NCBI GenBank assembly: GCA_044356455.1
Contig: JBIKWF010000007.1
Span: 1-64,000, forward strand
Direction: 5' to 3'
Origin: Bdellovibrionota bacterium
GTDB taxonomy: Bacteria > Bdellovibrionota_C > UBA2361 > JBGSMV01
DNA: 64,000 bases
Positions 32,540 to 42,642 of this stretch are shown here, piece after piece. Made by a program: the position numbers and the translations under genes. The first letter of the stretch is position 1. Every line of letters starts with the position of its first letter. The notes under the pieces were generated by a model. It made no database searches, was not told where the DNA came from, and saw only the letters and a list, made by a program, of their open reading frames with translations.

Positions 32540-33331
32540 ATGCGACTAACTCGATCTCAAAGTATCTTTATCTCTGTTGGCGTTCTTTTGCTCTTCTTCG
32601 GCGGAGCCTCGGTGCTTGTGCAGCGTAATCGCCGGCCAACTTTCAAGCCGATTGAGTCTATCAACTCTAGTGCAGCTTCCCCTAGTGCAGCTTCCCCTAG
32701 TGCAGTGGCCTCTAATGCAGTGGCCTCTAATGCAGTGGCGTCACCACAAGAACTTTCCTCTGGATTGCCCTTGAATGGAACTGCTTCTTCTCCGAGCGGG
32801 GAGCTCCCGGCTGGAGTAAATCCCCTAGCGGGAACCTCGCCCTTCACGCTTAACCAATTCCAGCGCAGTGAGATGAAGGATGGGAAGAAGATTTGGGAAG
32901 TTAAAGCGGCGCAAGGCCAGTATTTTCCTAGTGAATCAAGAGCAACCGTGCGGAATGCTGAACTTTATGTGTATTCCAAAAACGGAGAGCAGGTCACCTT
33001 GTGGGCTGACTCAGGGGATCTCTATCTTAGCGGTCCCTCGCTGAGCCGCGCAGAGGTGCAAGGGCGAGTCCGCGTCGTTCGCAATGACGAGCTGACCATT
33101 ACCACTGAGCGAGCTCTTTATGACAAAGAGAAGAACCTCGTGCACATTCCAGGCTCCGTGAAGATTGAGAGCGCGCAGTTCGATGTGTCAGGAGAAGAGA
33201 TGACGGTGGATCTAGAGTCTCGGGTAGTGCGTTTGTCCAAGAATGTAGAAACAGTGGTGCGTCCTGCAGCGAAGAATGAGTCTGCGCACGTGGATGAAAA
33301 AATTGTCGCGGAATCGGAGAGCAAGTCATGA
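32540..33331 (+). CDS. lptC: LPS export protein LptC
   Basis: N-terminal TM, 'DGKKIWEVKA', 'ITTERALYD' beta-jellyroll pattern; position between kdsA and lptA. Confidence 0.8.
   Translation: MRLTRSQSIFISVGVLLLFFGGASVLVQRNRRPTFKPIESINSSAASPSAASPSAVASNAVASNAVASPQELSSGLPLNGTASSPSGELPAGVNPLAGTSPFTLNQFQRSEMKDGKKIWEVKAAQGQYFPSESRATVRNAELYVYSKNGEQVTLWADSGDLYLSGPSLSRAEVQGRVRVVRNDELTITTERALYDKEKNLVHIPGSVKIESAQFDVSGEEMTVDLESRVVRLSKNVETVVRPAAKNESAHVDEKIVAESESKS
32667..32741 (+). repeat. In-frame 15-bp tandem repeat x5 in lptC (SAASP/NAVAS)
   Basis: ctagtgcagcttccc x2, ctagtgcagtggcct, ctaatgcagtggcct, ctaatgcagtggcgt. Confidence 0.9.
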
Positions 33332-34005
33332 AGTTCGTGAGATTCGGGTCACTTGTTGCGGTAAGTCTTCTTGTGGTGTTTGGCGTAGCCCTTGAGACAA
33401 GCGCCGCTCCTAAAGATGGCACTCTTCAAAAGGGTTCGAAGCAGGACAATTTGAAAAAAGAAAGTGCGAAAAAATCGCCTCAAGCTTCTGAGTCAAAAAC
33501 TGCGCTCTCGAAGCCTTCGGAACAGAAAGTCGCTAAAAAGTCGGGACTTCCCATTCCCGGGGGGAGCGAGATGAGTAAGCTTCCCACATTCATTAAGTCC
33601 AGCTCTCTCGTACTCAAGGGAAATGACCGCGTATTTGCTTACGAAGGTGGAGTCGAGGTTCGGCAGGGAGATCTTACGCTTACGGCAGCCTCCCTTGAAG
33701 GAAAGTACACTGAGAAAAATCAAATTGATCAACTTACCGCGAAAGACAACGTGGTGATTGTTAAGGGCGAGAATATTCGAGCGACGGGCGAGCGCGCGAT
33801 TTTCGAGAACGCTACCCAGACTATAACTTTGACGAATAACCCTGAGCTGCAGCAGGAGGGGAGTGTGCTGACGGCAGACACCATCAAGATATTTCTCGAA
33901 GAGAATCGTAGCGTGGCTGAGGGCAATGTGCGTGTGAAGCTTGTGAAGAAAGAAGCAGATACGGCGGGTGCGCCTGCGCTGCCAGGGCTTGGGAGCTTTA
34001 AGTAG
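33328..34005 (+). CDS. lptA: LPS transport periplasmic protein LptA
   Basis: Signal peptide; OstA-type 'YEGGVEVRQGDLTLTA', 'ATGERA', 'ITLTNNP'; overlaps lptC. Confidence 0.85.
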   Translation: MKFVRFGSLVAVSLLVVFGVALETSAAPKDGTLQKGSKQDNLKKESAKKSPQASESKTALSKPSEQKVAKKSGLPIPGGSEMSKLPTFIKSSSLVLKGNDRVFAYEGGVEVRQGDLTLTAASLEGKYTEKNQIDQLTAKDNVVIVKGENIRATGERAIFENATQTITLTNNPELQQEGSVLTADTIKIFLEENRSVAEGNVRVKLVKKEADTAGAPALPGLGSFK

Positions 34006-34016
34006 ACTCTACAAAA

Positions 34017-34331
34017 TTACGATATAAGCGAGGCTAGCAGTGAACCAATCGCGGTTCCAATTACTACGGCGCTCATGAGACGGAGCGGGGAGCTTCTCGC
34101 TTGAGGCGTGCCAGATTCCGATGCGGCATACTGAGGGGAAATAGTCAGAGCCGAAATAGACTGAAGAGAACTTGATGGCGGCAGGTCAGAGCAGCGGCCT
34201 TTAAATAATTTCCAGTTTGAAGAGACACCTCCCTCCTTCGCCAAGCGCGACGGGGAATGCACCTCGAAATCTTCGTCGCCTTCTAGCCCCTGCTGACGCA
34301 GAAGCTGATGAGCGCGCTCAAGAGTAAACAT
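34017..34331 (-). CDS. Small hypothetical protein with a C-terminal hydrophobic helix
   Basis: ATG-started ORF filling the gap between lptA and the kinase; no recognisable motif. Confidence 0.4.
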   Translation of the reverse strand: MFTLERAHQLLRQQGLEGDEDFEVHSPSRLAKEGGVSSNWKLFKGRCSDLPPSSSLQSISALTISPQYAASESGTPQARSSPLRLMSAVVIGTAIGSLLASLIS

Positions 34332-34574
34332 GGTTTCGCGGTTCTAGCGCCAACTCGCCGCCTGATCAACCCCTGCAAAAAGAGGTTTTAGAAAGCTTGT
34401 TCCATTGGTTAAATTGTTGAAAATATTTGAGTTGTTTGCTCTTTCGTGGTTGCTCTGCTTGGGGGGCTGCGTTTTAGTCAACTAGGCTGCGCACTTCATG
34501 GTACATTCCTGCGCCTCGTCTCGCATAGCTTTGGTACTTGCTGCTGCAGCACGAACTCTTTGGTGTGTTCCTTC

Positions 34575-37217
34575 ATGAGGAGAGATAGTCTCGTCCCACT
34601 TGGAATTAGCGCCGCCGCATTGGTGCTACTCGCCTTTCTGTCCGTTACCCTTGTCGCCCATGACTTACATTCTTTGTGGGACCCCGGCACCATTGCCGCT
34701 TTAACTTCTTCCTTGGTCCTTTGTGCGCTCATCCCGCTGCTCATTCGGCAACGAGTAAGAAACATCCTTGAAGAGCGCACCAACTCAATCCGAGAGGACA
34801 ATCATAGGCTCCAGGCGCAGCAGCATGCGCTGCTACGCATCGCCAATAGCAAGGTGATTTTTGGCGGCGTTATTGAAAATGCTCTGCGCGAATTGACCGA
34901 GATTGGCGCAATTACTCTTAACGTTGAGAGGGTGGGAGTATGGCTTTTTAATGAAACTCAGACTTCGATAAGATGCTTCTGCCTCTACGAGCGCACACCG
35001 CGTCGATTCTCAGAAGGCGCCACTTTTGGAGCGGAGAGTGCGCCCCGATACTTTGCCGCAATCCGCACGCACCGCGTCTTAGTAGCAGAGGATGTGGCAA
35101 CTAACCCGCTCACGAATGAGTTCTCTTTTCTTTCCGAGCTGGGTGTTACCTCAATGCTGGACGCGCCTATTTTTGTGAACGGCGCCCTCTTTGGGATTGT
35201 GTGCCATGAACATATAGGTCCTCCACGCAAGTGGTCAGCGGATGAGCAAAATTTTGCAAGCTCTCTCGCAGACATGGTTGCCATGGCCTATGAGGTGCAT
35301 GAGCGCCGGCGCGTTGAGGGCGAGCTGCGCAGAACTTCGCGCGCTATAGAAGCTTCGCTTGAGGGAATCGCAATTATCGAGCGCGATGAAACCTTCAGTT
35401 TTGTGAATCCTGCCTTTGCCCGAACGTTCGGCTATGACCGAAACGAGGAGCTCCTTGGAAAAAGCTGGAGGGTGCTCTACGAGCAATCGCAGCTTCGTAA
35501 ACTTGAGCGGCATGTCTTTATTAGCTTTATGCGGGCAGGGAATCTGCAGACAGAAGCCGTTGGCCTTCGCAAGGATGGGTCTACGTTTGCGCAGGAGCTC
35601 TCGCTCACCGCCCTTGGTGATGGTGGGCTTGTGTGTATTGTGCGGGATTGTTCTCAGCGTAAAGAGGCTGAGCAGCACCTGCTTGAAAGCCGGCGCTTTC
35701 TTCGAAAGGTTATCGATACCGATCCCAATTTTATCTTTGTAAAGGATTCGGAGGGCCGGTTTACCTTGGTAAATCAGGCGGTGGCAGAGGCGTATGGGAC
35801 TACGGTTGAGCAGCTGGTGGGAAAAACCGATGCCGACTTTAATTCCAGGCCGCAGGAGGTTCAGCATTTCAACGCGGACGATCAGTATGTCCTACAAACG
35901 GGCAAGGAGCTTTTAGTCGGCGAAGAGCGTATTACTGATGCCAAGGGCAGGGAGCGTGTGCTGCAGACGGTAAAGCGGCCTCTAGTGGTGCCTGGTCGCC
36001 GAGATCTACACGTTCTTGGCGTATCTACGGATATCACCCAGCGCAGAGAACTTCAGGACCAGTTGGTACACGCGCAGAAGATGGAGGCCTTGGGGCAATT
36101 GGCGGGCGGCATTGCACATGACTTTAATAATCTGATGACGGGGGTCCTGGGCTACACGACGCTCGTGAAGCTTGAATCGAGCGATCGCCCCGAGGTTTAT
36201 AAGAGTGCTGATATTATTGAGCAGGCTGCACTTCGTGCCGCGGAGCTTACTCAGAAATTGTTGGGCTTCGCGCGGAAAGGGAAACATCAAAATACTCCAG
36301 TCGATTTGCACGCGACCATAGAGGAAACTCTTGCGATAATTAAGCGTACCATCCGTCCTTCCATACGCGTAGTGACAGAGTTGACCGCGCAGAATCGCTT
36401 CGTGCTTGGAGATCCGATTCAGCTTCAGCAGATTATTCTGAATCTGGCAATTAATGCCCGAGATGCCATGGACCCTGATATCGGGGGATCCTCGGGCGGG
36501 GTGTTGTGTATTAGTACTCGCAATAGGCCCGTAACCGGTCATGGCGATTCTGAGGCGAAAGAGGGCGAATTTTTGGAGATTGAAGTACGCGACACTGGTT
36601 GCGGAATTGACGAAGATAAAAAGATAAAAGTATTTGAGCCGTTTTATACCACCAAAGTTGATGGCCGTGGGAGTGGGATGGGACTCGCGATGGTGTACGG
36701 AATTGTTTCAAATCATGGCGGGAACATTACTCTCGAAAGTCAGAAAGGTAAGGGGACCTCATTTTTCATAAGTCTCCCCTCGGTTGCGCCGAGACTTGTG
36801 GACCTCGTCGAGCGTAAAATTGATGCTCCTGCGCATGGACGTGGCTGTATTCTTGTAGTTGACGATCACGACGTGGCACGCTCTGCGACGACGGCGATGC
36901 TTGAGTCACTTGGCTACGAGGTGGTGGCAGTGAAAGACGGCGTTGAGGCGGTGCAGTATGTTTCCGAGCATGTGGGGAGCGTCAACTTAGTGGTGCTTGA
37001 TTTTATTATGCCGGGCATGAGTGCTGCCGAGTGTTTGGAATCCCTGCGCAACCTGGATTCTAATCTTCGAGTCGTCCTTTCTACAGGATTCGCCAATAGT
37101 CTCTCGGTGCAGCGTTTGCTTGAGGCTGAAGGAGTATTTGGGATGGTACAGAAACCATTTCAACTAGCTCGGCTCTCGCATGTGGTTTCCGAAGCCCTGC
37201 AGTCTAAGACTCATTAG
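34575..37217 (+). CDS. Hybrid sensor histidine kinase (TM-GAF-PAS-PAS-HisKA-HATPase-REC)
   Basis: AGGIAHDFNNL, NLAINARDAM, DTGCGI, FEPFYTTK, GSGMGL, receiver ILVVDD...LDFIMP...KPF. Confidence 0.93.
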   Translation: MRRDSLVPLGISAAALVLLAFLSVTLVAHDLHSLWDPGTIAALTSSLVLCALIPLLIRQRVRNILEERTNSIREDNHRLQAQQHALLRIANSKVIFGGVIENALRELTEIGAITLNVERVGVWLFNETQTSIRCFCLYERTPRRFSEGATFGAESAPRYFAAIRTHRVLVAEDVATNPLTNEFSFLSELGVTSMLDAPIFVNGALFGIVCHEHIGPPRKWSADEQNFASSLADMVAMAYEVHERRRVEGELRRTSRAIEASLEGIAIIERDETFSFVNPAFARTFGYDRNEELLGKSWRVLYEQSQLRKLERHVFISFMRAGNLQTEAVGLRKDGSTFAQELSLTALGDGGLVCIVRDCSQRKEAEQHLLESRRFLRKVIDTDPNFIFVKDSEGRFTLVNQAVAEAYGTTVEQLVGKTDADFNSRPQEVQHFNADDQYVLQTGKELLVGEERITDAKGRERVLQTVKRPLVVPGRRDLHVLGVSTDITQRRELQDQLVHAQKMEALGQLAGGIAHDFNNLMTGVLGYTTLVKLESSDRPEVYKSADIIEQAALRAAELTQKLLGFARKGKHQNTPVDLHATIEETLAIIKRTIRPSIRVVTELTAQNRFVLGDPIQLQQIILNLAINARDAMDPDIGGSSGGVLCISTRNRPVTGHGDSEAKEGEFLEIEVRDTGCGIDEDKKIKVFEPFYTTKVDGRGSGMGLAMVYGIVSNHGGNITLESQKGKGTSFFISLPSVAPRLVDLVERKIDAPAHGRGCILVVDDHDVARSATTAMLESLGYEVVAVKDGVEAVQYVSEHVGSVNLVVLDFIMPGMSAAECLESLRNLDSNLRVVLSTGFANSLSVQRLLEAEGVFGMVQKPFQLARLSHVVSEALQSKTH

Positions 37218-37347
37218 GGAGCCCCTGAAAAAGTCTGCTCTGTGAACTCTGTGTCCTCTGTGGTTGATTTAAATTGTTGAAAAACCACAGAGGACACAGA
37301 GCTCACAGAGAGAAGAAATAAGATATCGAGGTTTTTCAGAGGTTCCC
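37214..37347 (+). mobile_element. MITE-like palindromic element, subtype B; left TAG is the kinase stop
   Basis: ttag-ggagcccctgaaaaa...tttttcagaggttcc. Confidence 0.85.
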
Positions 37348-37393
37348 GAAGAGACTTCCCAATCAGCCAGGATCAGAGTACGACCAAGGGCGT

Positions 37394-38272
37394 ATGAAAA
37401 GAATTCCTTCTGCAGAGACTGTTCATGGCCTGCCGCGTCCGCGCGTCGCTTTCTTTGACCTCGATGGCACGGTGGTGAATGCCGCGGGTGTCATTTCGAC
37501 GCGCGTTAAAGAGAGCGTTCGGCGTTTGAAGGATGCCGGCCTAATCATCGCAATAGCTTCTGGGCGCCCTTGGTTTGGAGCCAGGGAGCAAGTCGCAGGC
37601 CTTGGCGCGACCGGTGCCTCACTGTTCTACTCGGGAGCTCTGCTGGCCGATCCTGTTTCAGGAGAAGTTTTTGTTGAGGAGTCGTTAGAAATTGACGATG
37701 CGCGTGCGATTGTGGAGAGATGCCGGTTCCATAATCTTTATTTTGAGTGGTACACGGCGCGTGAGTACTTTACTGAGTCCGAGTCTATGCTTGGTACTAT
37801 TCATGCAGAGTATCTCGGGCACCCCCCAGTGGTGCGGAGCTTTCCCGCGCAAGAGTCATCGGAAGCTTCTGCATACAAGGACAAGATTCTCAAAATAGTT
37901 TTGATGTTACAGGGGAAAGACGATGAGCGACGCGCGAAGAACATGGCGTCAGAGTTGCCCCAGGTGGGAATCGGGTCGGCCCGTGGCGCTGCGCATCCTG
38001 AGATTCTATTTACCAATTTTACTTCCCCACGCGCGAGGCGTGACCAGGCCTTGAATTGGCTTCTTGCCCATTATGGAGTAAGCGAGAAAGAAGTGATCTC
38101 AATTGGAGATGCGGAATCCGACCTGCCTTTCCTTTCACGCGCTGGCTGGAGTATCGCAATGGGCTCGGCTCCCGAGGCGGTACGTAACGCTTCTCGCTTT
38201 GTTACCGGGAGTGTCGAGGAAGATGGCGCGGCAGTGGCGCTTGAGGCTATTGTAGGGCTGATTCAGGGTTAG
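37394..38272 (+). CDS. Cof-type HAD-IIB phosphatase
   Basis: FFDLDGT, IASGR, SIGDAESDLPF, AMG motifs. Confidence 0.88.
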   Translation: MKRIPSAETVHGLPRPRVAFFDLDGTVVNAAGVISTRVKESVRRLKDAGLIIAIASGRPWFGAREQVAGLGATGASLFYSGALLADPVSGEVFVEESLEIDDARAIVERCRFHNLYFEWYTAREYFTESESMLGTIHAEYLGHPPVVRSFPAQESSEASAYKDKILKIVLMLQGKDDERRAKNMASELPQVGIGSARGAAHPEILFTNFTSPRARRDQALNWLLAHYGVSEKEVISIGDAESDLPFLSRAGWSIAMGSAPEAVRNASRFVTGSVEEDGAAVALEAIVGLIQG

Positions 38273-38404
38273 GGAAGCTCTGATAAAGTCTGCTCTGTGA
38301 ACTTTGTGCTCTCTGTGGTTGATTTAAATTGTTGAAAAACCACAGAGGACACAAAGTTCACAGAGAGAAAAAATAAAATATCGAGGTTTTCAGAGGTTCC
38401 TTAG
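38269..38404 (+). mobile_element. MITE-like palindromic element, subtype B, perfect TTAG duplication; left TAG is the HAD stop
   Basis: ttag-ggaagctctgataaa...ttttcagaggttcc-ttag. Confidence 0.85.
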
Positions 38405-38469
38405 GTATCTGCCTCGTCTTCCAATCTGTAGCGGAAAAGTCTTTAGGACTGTGGAATAATGGTGTTCCT

Positions 38470-39198
38470 ATGAATACCCTGGCAACAATAGATGTCTCAA
38501 AGTCGTACGGCGGACGCACCGTGGTAGACCGCGTATCGATTGAGGTTCATGCGGGCGAGGTTGTCGGGTTGCTTGGGCCCAACGGCGCAGGAAAGACCAC
38601 TACCTTTTACATGTGTGTGGGACTTGTTGGCCCTGATAGCGGCGCGGTCACCCTCAACGGGAAGTTAATTACGAAAGAGCCCATGTATATGCGGGCGCGC
38701 CTGGGAGTTGGCTATCTGCCGCAAGAACCCTCCATTTTTCGAAAGCTTACGGTCGAAGAGAATGTGATGTCTATTCTGGAGACCATTCCAGAGCTCAGCC
38801 GCGCCGATCGTGACCACCGTCTTGAGGAGCTCTTAAGCGAGCTTGGTCTATCCCATTTACGGAGAAGCCTTGCGAGTTCTCTGTCCGGTGGAGAGCGAAG
38901 ACGGGTGGAGATAACCAGGGCATTGGCGCGCTCCCCTATGTTCATCCTCCTCGATGAGCCGTTTGCTGGAATTGATCCCCTGGCGATTCGTGACATCCAG
39001 ATCATCATTGAGCGCTTAAAACAGAAGGGGATAGGGATCTTAATCACTGACCATAACGTTCGTGAGACGCTTGGGATCTGTAACCGCGCCTACATCCTTA
39101 TTGATGGAAAGGTCCTTGAAGAAGGGGCTCCTAGCGCCATCGCCCAGAGCGAACGGGCTCGCCGCTACTATCTCGGGGATGGGTTTGCACTCGCCTAG
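38470..39198 (+). CDS. lptB: LPS export ABC ATPase
   Basis: GLLGPNGAGKTTTFYM, YLPQEPSIFRKL, LSGGERRR, LDEPFAGIDP, ITDHNVRETL. Confidence 0.97.
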   Translation: MNTLATIDVSKSYGGRTVVDRVSIEVHAGEVVGLLGPNGAGKTTTFYMCVGLVGPDSGAVTLNGKLITKEPMYMRARLGVGYLPQEPSIFRKLTVEENVMSILETIPELSRADRDHRLEELLSELGLSHLRRSLASSLSGGERRRVEITRALARSPMFILLDEPFAGIDPLAIRDIQIIIERLKQKGIGILITDHNVRETLGICNRAYILIDGKVLEEGAPSAIAQSERARRYYLGDGFALA

Positions 39199-39367
39199 CA
39201 GGATGTAACTAGTTGATATTAAATGAGTTGTCTTTAATTTTGCGGCCGCGCACAATTTTTGCACACGAACGGCCTCCATCCACGTCAAAACCATAAGCAC
39301 AGGTTGCTCACTTGAGTACTCCTTCGCTTGTTCTCGTTGGTTTGCACCAGTGGTTTGAAGTGCGCGT

Positions 39368-40843
39368 ATGGCTTTAGAAACAAAGCTTCTCCAAAAACTG
39401 AGTCAGAACCTGCTGATGACCCCACAGCTTCAGCAGGCCATTAAGCTCCTGCAGCTTGGTCGTCTCGAGTATCTTGAGGCCATTGAGAAGGAGTTGCTCG
39501 ATAATCCTCTTCTCGAAGAAATGCGCGAAGAGGGCGAGGCGCCCACTGGCGTTCAGGCAGAGGTTTCTTCTCCTGCTGATGCACCCCCACCAGGTGAGCC
39601 TGGTGATTCGGGCGAAGCTCCAAATCCTGAGACTGCGGCGCCCGCAAGTGGCGATGAGTCCCGAGTTGATTGGGAAGGCTATCTTGACAGCTTCACTGAT
39701 TCGAGTGGAACAGCGACGCCCAAGGGTACCGTTGATTTTGAAAACCGTCCCCAGCTTGAGCCGGGAACAAAAGCAGAGACTCTTTTTGAGCATCTGGTGA
39801 GCCAACTTCGCATGTCGGATCTCCCCGAAGATGACGAGCGACTTGCGCTCCAGCTCATTGGAAACCTCGATAAGAATGGGTACCTGGTTGAGCCTCTTGA
39901 GGAGATATCGAAGGCCAGTGGCTGTCCGGTCGGCGACCTGGAGCGAGTACTTCAGGTAGTCAAGGATTTAGACCCTCCCGGAGTTGGGGCACGCGATCTT
40001 AAGGAGTGCCTCATCATTCAGCTTGAGAACATGGGTCTCGGAAATGCTCTAGAAGCAAGAATCATCCAGAACCATCTCGATAAGCTTGAGAAACATCGCT
40101 ACGACTTAATCGCGAAAAGCGAGCATGTCGCAGTGGAGGAAGTATACCGCGCGGTAAGTTCCATCCGGCGCCTCGAGCCTCGTCCGGGTCGTCCCTTTGC
40201 TGATGACTCGACCCGTTATGTGACGCCCGATGTGTATGTCTACAAAGTGGGCGATGAGTTTGTGATTTCTCTTAACGAGGACGGTCTGCCTAAGCTTCGC
40301 GTAAGTCCTTATTACCTAAAGCTCCTTAAGAGCGAGGATTCTACGGATGCGCCTAATAAAGCGTATCTCAATGAGAGACTTAAGTCTGCCGCTTGGCTCA
40401 TTCGAAGTATTCATCAGCGACAGCAAACGATTTATAGAGTTACCGAGAGTATTGTTAAGTTCCAAAAGGACTTTCTTGAGCATGGTATCTCGAAGCTTCG
40501 CCCCCTGGTTCTTAAGGATGTCGCCGACGATATCGGCATGCACGAATCAACGGTAAGTCGAATCACAACCGAAAAGTATGTGCATACTCCTCAGGGTGTA
40601 TTTGAGCTTAAGTTTTTCTTCACCACAGGAATTAAAGGTGGGGATGGAGACGTCTCCTCGTCCAGTGTGAAAGAGCGGATTCGTAGTCTCATAGGAGCCG
40701 AGACCGCAGAGGAGCCTTTGAGCGATCAACAGCTTGTAGAAGTCCTCAAGAAAGAGGGCATTACCATCGCGCGCAGAACCGTGGCTAAGTACCGAGAGAG
40801 TCTCGGAATTGAGTCCTCATCCCAGCGCAAGAGACACTTCTAA
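39368..40843 (+). CDS. rpoN: RNA polymerase sigma-54
   Basis: MTPQLQQAIKLLQL, HESTVSR, RpoN box ARRTVAKYRE. Confidence 0.98.
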   Translation: MALETKLLQKLSQNLLMTPQLQQAIKLLQLGRLEYLEAIEKELLDNPLLEEMREEGEAPTGVQAEVSSPADAPPPGEPGDSGEAPNPETAAPASGDESRVDWEGYLDSFTDSSGTATPKGTVDFENRPQLEPGTKAETLFEHLVSQLRMSDLPEDDERLALQLIGNLDKNGYLVEPLEEISKASGCPVGDLERVLQVVKDLDPPGVGARDLKECLIIQLENMGLGNALEARIIQNHLDKLEKHRYDLIAKSEHVAVEEVYRAVSSIRRLEPRPGRPFADDSTRYVTPDVYVYKVGDEFVISLNEDGLPKLRVSPYYLKLLKSEDSTDAPNKAYLNERLKSAAWLIRSIHQRQQTIYRVTESIVKFQKDFLEHGISKLRPLVLKDVADDIGMHESTVSRITTEKYVHTPQGVFELKFFFTTGIKGGDGDVSSSSVKERIRSLIGAETAEEPLSDQQLVEVLKKEGITIARRTVAKYRESLGIESSSQRKRHF

Positions 40844-40911
40844 ATTCTACCTTCTTGGGCTATCCTCAACTCAAGACTCTGGCGTGACATTTAAGTCCTA
40901 AGGAAACCTCT

Positions 40912-41226
40912 ATGCCAAATAGCTCTCGTATCGTGAATGTCAATCTTACGTTTCGTCACACCGAAGCAACCGACGCTTTAAAGACTTACGCCACTGACAA
41001 GCTCCGTAATTGTCTTCTTAAGTTCGCGCATCAAGATATTGAAGCCCACATGGTTCTGCGCGTTGAAAAAAATCGACAGATTGCAGAGGTTTCTTTTAAC
41101 GCGGAAGGCACGAGTTTCGCTGGCAAGGAGGAAAAAGACGACCTCTATGCCGCTATCGATGCGCTTGTTGACTCTATGGGGCAGCAGCTTCGAAAGCACA
41201 AAGAGAAAATTACCGCGAAGCACTAA
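40912..41226 (+). CDS. hpf: Ribosome hibernation promoting factor (short HPF/RaiA)
   Basis: TFRHTEATDALKTY, DLYAAID, QLRKHKEK; follows rpoN. Confidence 0.92.
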   Translation: MPNSSRIVNVNLTFRHTEATDALKTYATDKLRNCLLKFAHQDIEAHMVLRVEKNRQIAEVSFNAEGTSFAGKEEKDDLYAAIDALVDSMGQQLRKHKEKITAKH

Positions 41227-41359
41227 GGGTGGGTATTGCTCGGCGATCTTCTTCCCTGTGTAGCCCTGCAAAAGGCACAGCGTGTTGCGCTAGTGTTCGC
41301 ATGGGGAAGTAGTAGGTGGAGCTAGATTCCCGCGCCGGAGGTCTGCCTCGAGGTTTTGC

Positions 41360-42340
41360 ATGACATGCGATGATGCTAGTTCTCCCAAGATGAAGTCTGC
41401 GGTAGGCGCTCAGGAGAGTGCTACGCATGAGCCTTCTCACGGGTCTCCGGTCGGAGCCCTCGTGCTGGTAGCGGGGCTTTCTGGCGCAGGAAAGTCAGTC
41501 GCGATAGATACACTTTCAGACCTAGGGTTTTTCTCTGTTGAGAATTTGCCCGTCCCCTTGTTTAAGAATTTTGTTGAGTTCTTGGCGAAGTCGGGCGCGA
41601 AACACGCGCGGGCGGCCCTTTCTCTCGATTTGGATTCGAGAATTAAGCTTGAGCAACTGATATCGATTCTTAAGTCCTTACGGGCGGAGGCTCGGTCTCC
41701 GACAATTGTTTTCCTCGATGCGAAAGTGGAAACGATTGTAAAAAGGTACGGGCAGACTCGTCGTCCACACCCTGGGTTTGATTTACAGCTCGATAAGACT
41801 CTGCAGGATGCGATTGTGCGGGAGCGCGATAGGTTGTTCCCGCTACGTGAAATGGCCAACACACTTATCGACTCGAGTGAGCTCACGGTGCATGACTTGC
41901 GTGCGGAGATTCGTTCTTTCGCCTCGTCTTGCAAAGGCAGCACGTCTAGCGCCATGCGCGTGAATTTTCTCTCATTTGGTTTTAAGCACGGAGTACCGAT
42001 TGACTGCGATCTCGTGGTCGACGTGCGCTTCCTCCCTAATCCTTATTTCGTTGACGAATTGAGAGAGAAGACGGGGATCGATCCCGCGGTTAATGAATAC
42101 GTCTTTCAGTCAGGGGCCGCCGAGCAGTTTATTGCGCATTATGCGGATCTCTTGAGCTTTCTCCTCCCTGAGTTTGCGAAATCAGGCAAATCGTACGTGA
42201 ATGTGGGTGTAGGGTGTACGGGGGGACGCCATAGGTCTGTTGCTGTCTCGGGAGCTCTCGCTAAAGTATTAGGCGGCCGGATACCGGCTGAGCAGTATTT
42301 AGTAAGCGTGAAGCATCGCGACGTTGAAAAAGCCCAGTAG
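41360..42340 (+). CDS. rapZ: RNase adapter RapZ (YhbJ/YvcJ); start uncertain
   Basis: GLSGAGKS, VENLP, TRRPHP, SFGFKHG, DVRFLPNPY, GCTGGRHRSV. Confidence 0.95.
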   Translation: MTCDDASSPKMKSAVGAQESATHEPSHGSPVGALVLVAGLSGAGKSVAIDTLSDLGFFSVENLPVPLFKNFVEFLAKSGAKHARAALSLDLDSRIKLEQLISILKSLRAEARSPTIVFLDAKVETIVKRYGQTRRPHPGFDLQLDKTLQDAIVRERDRLFPLREMANTLIDSSELTVHDLRAEIRSFASSCKGSTSSAMRVNFLSFGFKHGVPIDCDLVVDVRFLPNPYFVDELREKTGIDPAVNEYVFQSGAAEQFIAHYADLLSFLLPEFAKSGKSYVNVGVGCTGGRHRSVAVSGALAKVLGGRIPAEQYLVSVKHRDVEKAQ

Positions 42341-42642
42341 GCGACGGGGAGACAAGTCCCGCGGTGCCGAAAGATTGCTCAGCGGGGAGTCTGTCCCGTG
42401 AAGGTTTCTACCACTACCTTTTGTGGTGGCAACGGGAGACGCCTCTCGCACTTGCGTGCGGTTGAAATCGAAGCAGGGCACAGAGTCCTTTTTTATTGAA
42501 TAAGCATCTTAAAAACAGTGTTTTTATATTGACGATTCCGTGTTTTGCTCGGTATTACTGCCGGAATTTACTTTTTCACCCGCTTCCTCGCACGTTCTTG
42601 CTGGGGAAGAGAGCGAGAATACATCCATGCTAAGGAGTTCGT

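Noticed and set aside
37394..38272. HAD gene as kdsC
   Set aside because: Its length and cap domain are Cof/HAD-IIB type, not the short capless KdsC
41272..41288. Sigma-54 promoter before rapZ (aggcacagcgtgttgc)
   Set aside because: GG-to-GC spacing is 11 rather than the required 10
42341..42642. SAM riboswitch upstream of metK
   Set aside because: Hairpins are present, but I could not find the SAM-I core (ATC..GAG...GCAACC...GTGC...GAT) or another recognisable SAM aptamer; an Rfam scan would settle it
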